In this document: piece after piece, positions 26,691 through 35,354 of the stretch
Position numbering within the stretch: the stretch's first letter is position 1
Layout: each line of letters starts with the position of its first letter
Notes under the pieces: model-generated
Told to the model about the DNA's origin: nothing
What the model saw: only the letters and a program-made list of their open reading frames with translations
Database searches by the model: none
Source of the DNA: Actinomycetes bacterium
Lineage (GTDB): Bacteria > Actinomycetota > Actinomycetes > S36-B12 > UBA5976
DNA: 64,000 bases
NCBI GenBank assembly: GCA_037619625.1
Contig: JASJMK010000046.1
Span: forward strand, 711-64,710
Direction: 5' to 3'
Made by a program: the position numbers and the translations under genes

Positions 26691-27488
26691 ATGACTATCG
26701 CAATCATTGGTGCTGGCGTAATGGGCGAAGCCCTGCTGTCTGGACTATTGCGCGCGGGTGTGCCGACAAGTGAATTGCTAATTGCAGACCGAAGATTGGA
26801 ACGTTCAGCGCAGGTCACACAAAAACATGGTGTCACAAATGGCACGAACCAAGAGGTTGCAGCAAAAGCGCAGACTGTGGTCTTAGTTGTTAAGCCGCAA
26901 GACATGGCAATCGTTCTGGCAGAAATTCGGGACTCGCTAAAACCAAACACGCTAGTTGTTTCGTTAGCCGCTGGAATAACGACTACGTTTATAGAGAATT
27001 TATTACCACCAGAAACCCCAGTAATCCGCGTTATGCCAAATACTCCGGCACTTGTTGACGAGGGTATGGCTGCAATCAATTCTGGTTCACATTGCACTGA
27101 AGAACACATGCAAACAGCAGAGAAATTGTTGCGAAGTGTTGGACAAGTAGTTCGGGTACCCGAAAAATATCAAGATGCAGTAACTGCAATTTCAGGTTCC
27201 GGGCCGGCCTACATTTTTTACGCCGTTGAAGCCATGATCGAAGGCGGGGTAATGCTAGGACTGCCGCGCGATGTAGCTAATGAATTGGTGCTGCAAACGG
27301 TTTATGGCGCCGCAACCATGTTGCGCGAAACTGGCGAGCACCCAACGGTATTGCGTGAGCAAGTTACCTCGCCTGGCGGAACTACAGTTGCGGCACTTCG
27401 ACAGTTTGATGATTTTAAAGTTCGGGCCGCTTTCTTGAGTGCGATGGAAGCAGCAAGGGATCGCTCAAAAGAACTGGGTATGCAATAG
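26691..27488 (+). CDS. proC: Pyrroline-5-carboxylate reductase
   Basis: IGAGVMG, VKPQ, RVMPNTP, SGSGPAY, VTSPGGTT. Confidence 0.96.
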   Translation: MTIAIIGAGVMGEALLSGLLRAGVPTSELLIADRRLERSAQVTQKHGVTNGTNQEVAAKAQTVVLVVKPQDMAIVLAEIRDSLKPNTLVVSLAAGITTTFIENLLPPETPVIRVMPNTPALVDEGMAAINSGSHCTEEHMQTAEKLLRSVGQVVRVPEKYQDAVTAISGSGPAYIFYAVEAMIEGGVMLGLPRDVANELVLQTVYGAATMLRETGEHPTVLREQVTSPGGTTVAALRQFDDFKVRAAFLSAMEAARDRSKELGMQ

Positions 27489-27579
27489 CCAGTTCTTTTG
27501 AGCGAATAAGAAAAGTTCTAAAACTTGTTCGCAGGCGAACAAAGTGAAACTGGGTATGCAATAGCCAGTTCTTTTGAGC
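27461..27579. repeat. 17-bp inverted repeat over the proC stop, plus a 32-bp direct duplicate of the proC 3' end
   Basis: Stem 27461-27477/27489-27505; AACTGGGTATGCAATAGCCAGTTCTTTTGAGC occurs at 27472-27503 and 27548-27579. Confidence 0.85.
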
Positions 27580-27738
27580 TAGCAAATAGAAATTACACGG
27601 CTGTAGTTTTAATTACTTTTCAAACCGACTTTCACTTGAGCCCCATTCGCCACTAATGTAAGCAACTACGTACAAGTGTGACGTTCAGCCCGGAGGGGAT
27701 GCCGGTGCTTAACCCACACAGAATGGTTTCGGTGACCC

Positions 27739-27945
27739 ATGGGTGCATCTAACGATCGGCCGCTCGGCGAAGTTCGCTTCTTAACAGTGGCTGAAGTTGC
27801 AACAGTAATGCGAGTATCAAAAATGACCGTGTATCGGTTAGTTCACAACGGTGAATTACCAGCAGTACAAGTTGGTCGCTCATTTCGAATTCCAGAACAA
27901 GCAGTTCACACTTACCTTCAAGAATCATTCGTCGAGGCTGGCTAG
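27739..27945 (+). CDS. Small excisionase-like HTH DNA-binding protein (Rv0500A/BdtA-like)
   Basis: FLTVAEVA..MRVSKMTVYRLVH.GELPA..VGRSFR.PE.AV; conserved position between proC and bS22. Confidence 0.9.
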   Translation: MGASNDRPLGEVRFLTVAEVATVMRVSKMTVYRLVHNGELPAVQVGRSFRIPEQAVHTYLQESFVEAG

Positions 27946-28039
27946 TTAGCTGGCTTAGAGCCCGCGCCTAGTGCGCAGTAATGACCTTCAAGTTAAGTGC
28001 GTAGACTCATAATTAACAACAGATGTAAAGGTGGTCCAA

Positions 28040-28141
28040 ATGGGCTCGGTGATTAAGAAGCGCCGCAAGCGCATGGCCAAGAAGAAGCATCGCAAGATGT
28101 TGAAGAAGACGCGTTCTCAGCGTCGAAATAAGGGTAAGTAA
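28040..28141 (+). CDS. 30S ribosomal protein bS22 (33 aa; not in the ORF track)
   Basis: Translates as MGSVIKKRRKRMAKKKHRKMLKKTRSQRRNKGK; AAAGGTGG RBS upstream. Confidence 0.95.
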   Translation: MGSVIKKRRKRMAKKKHRKMLKKTRSQRRNKGK

Positions 28142-28188
28142 CCCTTACCTCAAAAATCTAGGGTAAGTAACCCTTACCTCAAAAATCT
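28131..28188. repeat. Perfect 29-bp tandem duplication spanning the bS22 stop codon
   Basis: AGGGTAAGTAACCCTTACCTCAAAAATCT x2, filling the whole gap to the next gene's stop. Confidence 0.9.
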
Positions 28189-29037
28189 TCAGGCGCGGGA
28201 GCGTCGGGTTGCTGCAATTGCGATCCCGGCACCCGCGCCTACTAATGCAATGACTGTCGCGCCAGCTGGAATTCCATAACGTTTCACCAGTCGCTGGCGG
28301 CGGAAATCATGAACTGGCCAGTTATTAGCAGCTGCATGATTTCGCAACGTGGAATCAGGATTTATCGCAGTTGGATTTCCAACGCTACTGAGCAACGGAA
28401 TGTCATTACTCGAATCTGAATACGCAAAACTATGTTCGAGATTAATTCCCTTTTCCTTGGCAAGGCGAGAAACTGCCAGAGCCTTTTGCTCGCCGTGCAT
28501 GGGTGGATTTTTTAGCTTGCCGGTGTAAATGCCATTTTCGATTTCGCTTACAGTCGCGATCGCGCCCGAAAGGCCGAGTTTCGTTGCGATGATGTTGGCG
28601 AGTTCTATCGGTGCAGCAGAGACTAACCAAACTTGATGTCCAGCGGCGCGATGAGTATGAGCTAATTGAACGGTGCCTGGCCAAATTTTGTCGGCCATAA
28701 TTTCGTCAAAAATTTCTTCAGATAGCGCAGTTACTTCTGCGACGGATCTGCCAGTAACAAACGACAATGCATTTTCTGTGATTCTTGCCATATCGGAAAG
28801 ATTCTCAGATCCGTAAGTCAGAAACTTCCCTTGGGCAATCGCAAAGTTTGCTAAGTCTGTTGCGCTCAAAATTTTACGTGCAAAAAGTCCTCGGGCAAGG
28901 TGATAAATACTTGCCCCACGCATGATCGTGTTATCGATGTCGAAAAATGCACCAATGTTCTCAGGTTCAGGAAGAGTTTCGGCTACCGGATTCAGACGCA
29001 AATCTGCGTCGATATTGAGCCCATCACTCGTAGCCAT
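28189..29037 (-). CDS. HAD-IB family hydrolase (SerB-like)
   Basis: AFFDIDNT, LVSA, G.QK, AYSDS.ND.P.L..VG.P..INPD; start ATG 29037. Confidence 0.9.
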   Translation of the reverse strand: MATSDGLNIDADLRLNPVAETLPEPENIGAFFDIDNTIMRGASIYHLARGLFARKILSATDLANFAIAQGKFLTYGSENLSDMARITENALSFVTGRSVAEVTALSEEIFDEIMADKIWPGTVQLAHTHRAAGHQVWLVSAAPIELANIIATKLGLSGAIATVSEIENGIYTGKLKNPPMHGEQKALAVSRLAKEKGINLEHSFAYSDSSNDIPLLSSVGNPTAINPDSTLRNHAAANNWPVHDFRRQRLVKRYGIPAGATVIALVGAGAGIAIAATRRSRA

Positions 29038-29119
29038 ATTTAAAGGGTACTGCGAAAGTATTACTGGGAACTGGGAATGCAATGTGCCACACTTGGTACA
29101 ACTGGAAGGCAATAAAAAC

Positions 29120-29368
29120 ATGGATTCACGTGTGGTTCTCATTGGAAAACCAGATTGCCACTTATGCGAAAACGCGAGATTAACAATTGCCAAAGTTTGC
29201 GCTGAACTTGGCGAAACTTGGAGTGAATTATCAATTCTGGATGATGCGCAGCTAGCGGATCAATATTTTGAATCAATTCCGGTCGTATTAATCGATGGAA
29301 AAGTGCACGACAAGTGGCGGGTAGACGAGAAGCGATTACGCACAGCTTTGTTGAAAAAAAACAACTGA
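29120..29368 (+). CDS. Glutaredoxin-like protein
   Basis: GKPDCHLC..A and IPVVLIDG; conserved upstream of rex; start ATG 29120. Confidence 0.88.
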   Translation: MDSRVVLIGKPDCHLCENARLTIAKVCAELGETWSELSILDDAQLADQYFESIPVVLIDGKVHDKWRVDEKRLRTALLKKNN

Positions 29369-29520
29369 AAATACTTCAGTAGTCAAATCACATTAGTCAC
29401 GATTGTCACACCCAAAATCCTTAATTTACCTAGCACGAATTGGGGTATCTGCGCCAATTTTGCACTCAGCGAGATACCGCATAACCTGTTCGCCATAAGG
29501 ACACTAGAAGGGTGGTTTTC

Positions 29521-30225
29521 ATGGCGCTGTCACAGGCACCTAAAACGCACTTAAGTTCGCGCGGTGCAATTCCCGACGCAACTGTTAGTCGCCTTCCGAT
29601 GTACCACCGCAACCTAGTTTCGCTAACTTCTCGCGGTGTAATTCTGGTCTCGTCCGAAGAACTGGCCGAGGCCAGTGGTGTATCTAGCGCAAAACTTCGC
29701 AAGGATCTTTCGTTCCTTGGCTCGTATGGAACTCGCGGCGTTGGCTATGACGTTGATTTCTTGCTTTATCAAATTGCACGCGCACTTGGCCTTACTCAGG
29801 AGTGGCCTGTTGTCATTGTTGGTATTGGAAATCTAGGACATGCACTTGCTGGTTACCCAGGTTTTGCCTCGCGCGGATTTTCTGTTGTTGGATTATTCGA
29901 CAGTGACAAAAAACTGGTTGGCGAAACCGTAACAGTTGCCGGAAAAGAAATTGTCGTGCAAGACATTTCTAAGTTGGCGCAAGTTGTGTTGAGTTCCAAC
30001 GCATCCATTGGCGTAATAGCGACCCCAGAAGCAGCTGCGCAAGACATCTGCGACTTGATGGTGCGTAATGGCGTCACAAGTATTTTGAATTTTGCCCCAG
30101 TACAAATTGAAGTTCCAGCTGGTGTTGATGTGCGTCGCGTTGATCTCGCGACAGAGTTACAAATTCTTGCATTCCATGAGCAACGCAAATCTCAATCTGC
30201 GCTGACTCAGGCGAATGTGAGTTAA
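29521..30225 (+). CDS. rex: Redox-sensing transcriptional repressor Rex
   Basis: IP.ATV.RLP.Y, LRKDLS.LGSYGTRGVGY, GIGNLG.AL, ILNFAP. Confidence 0.96.
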   Translation: MALSQAPKTHLSSRGAIPDATVSRLPMYHRNLVSLTSRGVILVSSEELAEASGVSSAKLRKDLSFLGSYGTRGVGYDVDFLLYQIARALGLTQEWPVVIVGIGNLGHALAGYPGFASRGFSVVGLFDSDKKLVGETVTVAGKEIVVQDISKLAQVVLSSNASIGVIATPEAAAQDICDLMVRNGVTSILNFAPVQIEVPAGVDVRRVDLATELQILAFHEQRKSQSALTQANVS

Positions 30226-30273
30226 TAAATGACTTCCCAAAGCTGCAAGTACACAAACAAGGTAGGTGTGTAA

Positions 30274-31860
30274 ATGGCTAGCTCGCAGGTATCTGCTGCA
30301 GTCGGAGTCTCTTTTGTGGTGGCCGGACCTGGCGACCCAGAATTGTTAACGGTACGAGCCCATCGGTTGCTACAAGCCGCCGATGTCGTAGTCGTTGACC
30401 AAGAGGTCACCCGGCTCGCTGAGTTGGTTTCTTCTGGTCAAGTTTTGGTTGCCATCGATAACGTTGGTGCGCCGCTTTCATTAGCTGCCCGGACCAAAGT
30501 TTTAATTGATGCCCGAAAAGATGGCCAACAAGTGGTTCGACTGCTTTCTGGCGATCCTGTTCTGGACGGTCGACTTGCTATGGAAACTTCTGCATTGGCC
30601 AAGACAGGTCATGCATTTGAAGTGGCTGCTGGCGTTTCACCGTTGACTGCAGTTGCGGCACACGTTGGAGTATCGCTAACCGGCGGTCGCACCCGCGAAG
30701 TTCGCATAATTGACGCTGATTCACCGACTGTTGATTGGGCATCACACGTTGATCCGCTTGTCACACTTGTGGTGCACAACGCTGCAGATCGAGTAACTGA
30801 AGTTTCCAAGGCACTTATCAAAGCTGGTCGCGAGGGTGCAACACCAGTCGCGATTGTGCGCGATGGCGCCACGGTAGAACAGCGCTCGTTGCATTCAACT
30901 TTGGAAGCATTGCCAAACGCAGTAAAACTTGCCAAGCAAATGGGTGCAGGAATCGTAATCATTGGAGATGCCGTAGGCGAACGTATTTCGTGGTTTGAAA
31001 ATCGCCCACTCCACGGCTGGCGGGTACTTGTGCCACGCACAAAAGATTCAACTGAAAACTTGCGGGAACAAATAATTTCCTTTGGCGCGGTGCCATTTGA
31101 AGTGCCAACAATGTCAGTTGAGCCGCCGCGTACCCCACAGCAAATGGAACGTGCCATTCATGGCTTAGTTTCTGGCCGTTATGAATGGGTTGTCTTCACA
31201 AGCTTGAATGCAGTCCGCGCGATTCGCGAACGCTTCCAGGAGTGCGGCTTGGATGCACGCTCACTTTCCGGAATTCGCATCGCAGCGATTGGTGCAGATA
31301 CCGTTGCAGCACTGGTTGCAATGGGAGTTCTGCCAGACCTAGTCCCAGAGCTTGAGCAGACCACAGCTGGTTTGTTAGAAGAATGGCCAGAGTTTGATTC
31401 CATCAATGATCCAATCAACCGCATTTTCTTGCCACGTGCCGACATTGCAACTGACACTTTGGTAGCAGGTTTAACTGAACTGGGTTGGGAAGTGGAGGAT
31501 GTAACTGCCTTCCGAACCGTTCGTGCCTCGCCTCCTGCTGTTGAAACTCGGGAAGCAATTAAGAGTGGTGGGTTCGATGCAGTCGTGTTCACTTCAAGTA
31601 GCACGGTGCGCAATTTAGTCGGTATCGCCGGCAAACCACACCCTTCTACGATCATTGCTTGCATTGGACCAGCTACAGCCAAGACTGCGCAAGAACACGG
31701 CCTCAGGGTTGATGTGCTGCCCGAGGATGCCACCATTACTGCGCTTGCTAACGCACTAGCAGTTCATGGTGGGGCGCTTCGAGACGAAGCAGCAACCGCA
31801 GGATCGGTGGGCTGGCGACCTTCTCGCAAGCGCGCTTCTGCACGACGTCGCGCAACGTGA
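30274..31860 (+). CDS. hemD: Uroporphyrinogen-III C-methyltransferase / uroporphyrinogen-III synthase fusion
   Basis: N-terminal GPGDPELLT tetrapyrrole methylase-like domain; WFE.RPL.GWRVLVPR, FTS.NAV, FTSSSTVRNL, CIGP.TA HemD domain. Confidence 0.9.
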   Translation: MASSQVSAAVGVSFVVAGPGDPELLTVRAHRLLQAADVVVVDQEVTRLAELVSSGQVLVAIDNVGAPLSLAARTKVLIDARKDGQQVVRLLSGDPVLDGRLAMETSALAKTGHAFEVAAGVSPLTAVAAHVGVSLTGGRTREVRIIDADSPTVDWASHVDPLVTLVVHNAADRVTEVSKALIKAGREGATPVAIVRDGATVEQRSLHSTLEALPNAVKLAKQMGAGIVIIGDAVGERISWFENRPLHGWRVLVPRTKDSTENLREQIISFGAVPFEVPTMSVEPPRTPQQMERAIHGLVSGRYEWVVFTSLNAVRAIRERFQECGLDARSLSGIRIAAIGADTVAALVAMGVLPDLVPELEQTTAGLLEEWPEFDSINDPINRIFLPRADIATDTLVAGLTELGWEVEDVTAFRTVRASPPAVETREAIKSGGFDAVVFTSSSTVRNLVGIAGKPHPSTIIACIGPATAKTAQEHGLRVDVLPEDATITALANALAVHGGALRDEAATAGSVGWRPSRKRASARRRAT

Positions 31861-31873
31861 TCTGATTAGTAGT

Positions 31874-32509
31874 ATGCGAACAACAGTTCACTTACTGCGT
31901 CATGGTGAGGTACATAACCCAGACAAAATCCTTTATGGACGTCTTGCTGGGTTTCGACTTTCTGAACTTGGACACGAAATGGCGCAGCGCGCAGCAGATG
32001 CGCTAGCTAATCGAGATATCACAGTTATTACCGCTTCACCGTTAGAGCGGGCGCAACAGACAGCTGCTCCGATTGCGGGAATTCACGGCTTAACAATTGG
32101 CACTGACGAAGATGTGATTGAAGCCGACAATGTTTTTGAAGGTCAACGGGTTTCAGTTGGAGACGGCGTTCTTCGCCAGCCAAAGGCTTGGCGCCATTTG
32201 TATAACCCCGTCAAACCGTCTTGGGGTGAGCCTTATGTTGTAGTAGCAAAACGAATGCGGCAAGGCGTCGAGCGAGCTCGGGATGCCGCTCGCGGTCATG
32301 AAGCCGTAATTGTTAGCCATCAATTACCAATCTGGATCAGCCGTCTTGATTTTGAAGATCGTCGATTCCCACATGATCCTCGAAAGCGGCAGTGCAGTTT
32401 AGCTTCGTTAACTTCACTTACTTTCGATGACGATGAGTTAGTAGCAGTGCTCTACACCGAGCCGAGTGCCGATTTGCTGGCGAAAGCGAGCAAAGTTTCA
32501 GGTGCTTAA
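31874..32509 (+). CDS. Histidine phosphatase family protein
   Basis: HLLRHGEV.NP, SPLERA..TA, VSHQLPIW; start ATG 31874. Confidence 0.9.
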   Translation: MRTTVHLLRHGEVHNPDKILYGRLAGFRLSELGHEMAQRAADALANRDITVITASPLERAQQTAAPIAGIHGLTIGTDEDVIEADNVFEGQRVSVGDGVLRQPKAWRHLYNPVKPSWGEPYVVVAKRMRQGVERARDAARGHEAVIVSHQLPIWISRLDFEDRRFPHDPRKRQCSLASLTSLTFDDDELVAVLYTEPSADLLAKASKVSGA

Positions 32510-33071
32510 AGCAGGCGTAACTTCCTTGGCTGCTATTTCCATTTTGCTCCTGAGTGGTTGTAGCACAGCCTCGGTGTCCAACAATTCTGATACCGGATTT
32601 ATTTCAGGTAATGGCGCGACAGTTTTGGTTTCACCGCAAGAGCGCGGCGACGTAATCGAACTTGCTGGCGAAACTTTAGAAGGAGAGTCGCTCGATACGG
32701 CAGATTGGCGCGGCGATCCCATAGTCGTAAATCTTTGGGCTTCTTGGTGTGGCCCTTGTCGTGCGGAAGCCACTGATTTAGAAAATGTGTACCTGCAATT
32801 TGAATCAAGTGGTGTGAAGTTTTTAGGGCTAAATACCAGAGATGGACTAGCAGCGGCTAAAGCATTTAATACCCGATTCAATACTTCTTATCCCTCGATA
32901 CAGGATAAAGATGGCCAGCTGACTTTAGTTTTTGGAAACCTAGGTCCAGCAGCAACGCCTTCGACAATTATTCTGGATTCCCAAGGTCGAGTCGCCGCGA
33001 GAATTTTAGGCCCGACTACACAATCGCAATTGCGAGTTGTGCTGGAAGCTGTAATCGAGAGTGATAAGTAA
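32502..33071 (+). CDS. TlpA/ResA-like thiol-disulfide oxidoreductase lipoprotein
   Basis: Lipobox LLLSGC and WASWCGPCRAE; likely GTG start at 32502. Confidence 0.9.
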   Translation: MLKAGVTSLAAISILLLSGCSTASVSNNSDTGFISGNGATVLVSPQERGDVIELAGETLEGESLDTADWRGDPIVVNLWASWCGPCRAEATDLENVYLQFESSGVKFLGLNTRDGLAAAKAFNTRFNTSYPSIQDKDGQLTLVFGNLGPAATPSTIILDSQGRVAARILGPTTQSQLRVVLEAVIESDK

Positions 33072-33832
33072 TGTTTTCCGCTGGAATTGCAGAAGTTGTA
33101 ACTTCGGGCTCATTGTTACTTGCGATCCCGCTGGCATTTGCGGCTGGCCTAATTTCGTTTTTGTCTCCGTGCGTTCTGCCCTTAGTCCCTGGTTACCTGT
33201 CGTACATCACAGGTGTGGCCGGCGCGCGCGCAACTTCGAAGCGAACTTCAGTTTCTAAATCTCGCGCCGTGTGGGGCTCAATAATTTTTGTTGCTGGCTT
33301 CTCGGTAGTTTTCATTTCTTATGGCGCGCTTTTTGGAGGCATCGGACAAGTTTTGCTCGAGTATCAAAGATCTATCCAAATGGTGATGGGTGTTTTGGTG
33401 GTGATTTTAGGCCTGGGATTTCTAGGCGTGATACCTGCTTTTCAACGTGACATCAGGATTCACCGAATTCCGACGGGAACTTTAGTGGGCGCCTTTTTGC
33501 TGGGTGCGATTTTTGCAATTGGCTGGACACCTTGTATTGGGCCGACGCTAGCTGCTGTCCAAGTTATGGCACTGAGTGAGGCAAGCGCAGTGCGTGGGGC
33601 AATTTTGAGTTCGGCTTATTGCCTAGGACTTGGACTCCCATTCATATTTTTGGCACTGTTTTTTGAGCGAAGCATTCGAGCGGTTTCGATTTTGCGCAGA
33701 CATTCTCGAGGGATTATGTATTTTGGCGGTGTCATGCTTATTGTGATTGGAATGTTGCTTGTTACCGGGTTCTGGAATGAGTTAACTATCGGATTACGGG
33801 TGTGGGCTTCGCAATGGGGCGTGCCAATTTAA
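33071..33832 (+). CDS. ccdA: Cytochrome c biogenesis protein CcdA
   Basis: SFLSPCVLPLVPGYLS, GWTPCIGPTL, GLGLPF. Confidence 0.94.
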   Translation: MFSAGIAEVVTSGSLLLAIPLAFAAGLISFLSPCVLPLVPGYLSYITGVAGARATSKRTSVSKSRAVWGSIIFVAGFSVVFISYGALFGGIGQVLLEYQRSIQMVMGVLVVILGLGFLGVIPAFQRDIRIHRIPTGTLVGAFLLGAIFAIGWTPCIGPTLAAVQVMALSEASAVRGAILSSAYCLGLGLPFIFLALFFERSIRAVSILRRHSRGIMYFGGVMLIVIGMLLVTGFWNELTIGLRVWASQWGVPI

Positions 33833-33869
33833 ATGCGGATAGAAAGTACTAAGAAGCGGTGAGTAAGTA

Positions 33870-35354
33870 GTGGAAACTTTGCGCTGGTTATGGCGACAAC
33901 TTACAAGTATGCGAATTGCTCTAATTCTGTTATTTCTGCTTGCACTTGCGAGTGTTCCTGGTTCTATTTTTCCACAACGTGGCACATCACCTTTACGTGT
34001 AAATGAATTCTTGAAAGACAATCCAACTTCTGGCCCGATCCTGGATCGGTTTTACATGTTCGATGTTTTTGCTTCGCCTTGGTTTGCTTCCATTTACTTA
34101 TTACTTTTCATCTCACTAATGGGATGCGTATTGCCTAGAGCAGTAGAGCATTACAAAGAAATGCGAAGTCTCCCACCTGCAGCGCCAAGAAATTTGAGTC
34201 GCTTGCCTGTTCACTTGCAATGGAGTTCAAATACCTCGATTGAACAAGCAATTTCGGAAACACAAGTGGCTTGGAAGAAACGCGGCTGGCGAGTTCGCAC
34301 TGGCGATGACTGGATCTCTGCTGAAAAGGGATATTCCCGAGAGACTGGAAATTTACTATTTCACCTTTCCCTACTCGTACTTCTAATAGCTGTCGGCATC
34401 GGTGGCGTTATGGGATTTCGGGGAACAGTTATTGTGCGCGAGGGTTCTGGATTCGCCAATAATGTGACGCAGTATGACACTTTTACTTCTGGCCGAAACT
34501 ACAGCTCAGATAAGTTGCCACCAATTTCGTTCAAGCTTGAGGATTTTATTTCGTCATTCCAAAGAGGTGGCCAACAAAATGGTGCACCTCGGGAATTTTA
34601 TGCAGACTTATTAGTCAAAGATGATCCGTCGGCAACTCCGAGAGCAGTTCGAGTCGAAGTTAATTACCCGTTGCGAACTTCTGGAATTACGCTCTACTTA
34701 GTTGGCCATGGGTATGCTCCAGAATTTAGTGTTCGGGATGCAGCTGGAAACTTGCTCTGGCAGGATGCAGCAGTTTTCTTGCCCCAGGATGGTGGATTTA
34801 CTTCCAGTGGTGTTGTAAAAATTCCGGATACCGTTCCACAGTTAGGTTTACAGGGCTATTTCTTACCTACCGTTTCAACTGATTTCAGCAATGGACCTAT
34901 CTCAGCGTTTCCGGCGGCTGATGATCCAGGTGTTTATATCAGCGCCTGGCAGGGTGATTTAGGTCTCGATTCGGGAATGCCACAAAGTGTGTATCGACTA
35001 GATACGACAAACATGAAACGCATCGGAATTGAAGAATTAGCTCCAGGAGAAGTTTGGACGCTGCCAAATAGCGGTGTCACCGTTGAATTTACGGGTTATC
35101 GCCAATGGGCAACTTTTGCCATTACCCGAGATCCAGCAAAGGGTTGGGCGCTTGGCGCTGCTATTGCATCAATCGTTGGCTTGTCACTTTCGTTGTTAAT
35201 ACCTCGTCGTCGCGCTTGGTTGCGGGTGACGCCAGAAGCAAGTGGCGGTAATCTTTTTGAAGTTGCCGGGTTATCAAAAACTGAAGCACCTGGTTTAGCG
35301 GATGAAATTTCCCATCTTGCAAACTTAGTTAGCACCCAGAAGGAAAACGTATGA
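33870..35354 (+). CDS. resB: Cytochrome c biogenesis protein ResB
   Basis: WRQLTSMR.AL.LL, PGS.FPQ, GNLLFH, VN.PL, RRR.W. Confidence 0.92.
   Translation: METLRWLWRQLTSMRIALILLFLLALASVPGSIFPQRGTSPLRVNEFLKDNPTSGPILDRFYMFDVFASPWFASIYLLLFISLMGCVLPRAVEHYKEMRSLPPAAPRNLSRLPVHLQWSSNTSIEQAISETQVAWKKRGWRVRTGDDWISAEKGYSRETGNLLFHLSLLVLLIAVGIGGVMGFRGTVIVREGSGFANNVTQYDTFTSGRNYSSDKLPPISFKLEDFISSFQRGGQQNGAPREFYADLLVKDDPSATPRAVRVEVNYPLRTSGITLYLVGHGYAPEFSVRDAAGNLLWQDAAVFLPQDGGFTSSGVVKIPDTVPQLGLQGYFLPTVSTDFSNGPISAFPAADDPGVYISAWQGDLGLDSGMPQSVYRLDTTNMKRIGIEELAPGEVWTLPNSGVTVEFTGYRQWATFAITRDPAKGWALGAAIASIVGLSLSLLIPRRRAWLRVTPEASGGNLFEVAGLSKTEAPGLADEISHLANLVSTQKENV

Noticed and set aside
27525-27542. TTGTTCGCAGGCGAACAA as a further copy of the island operator
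   Set aside because: About 13/18 match, but both CG positions of the TCG/CGA ends differ, and it lies downstream of proC, far from the island; more likely an RNA hairpin.
27739-27945. Excisionase-like gene as evidence of a prophage or ICE
   Set aside because: It is the conserved core HTH gene next to bS22, and there is no integrase or phage gene in the window.
29388-29411. TCAC repeated at 9-nt spacing upstream of rex
   Set aside because: Too short to assign, and it does not match a Rex operator.
30609-31736. Long antisense ORFs (also 505-789, 6515-6943, 39489-40088, 55131-55712 and others)
   Set aside because: They are shadow frames opposite well-supported genes, with no protein motifs.
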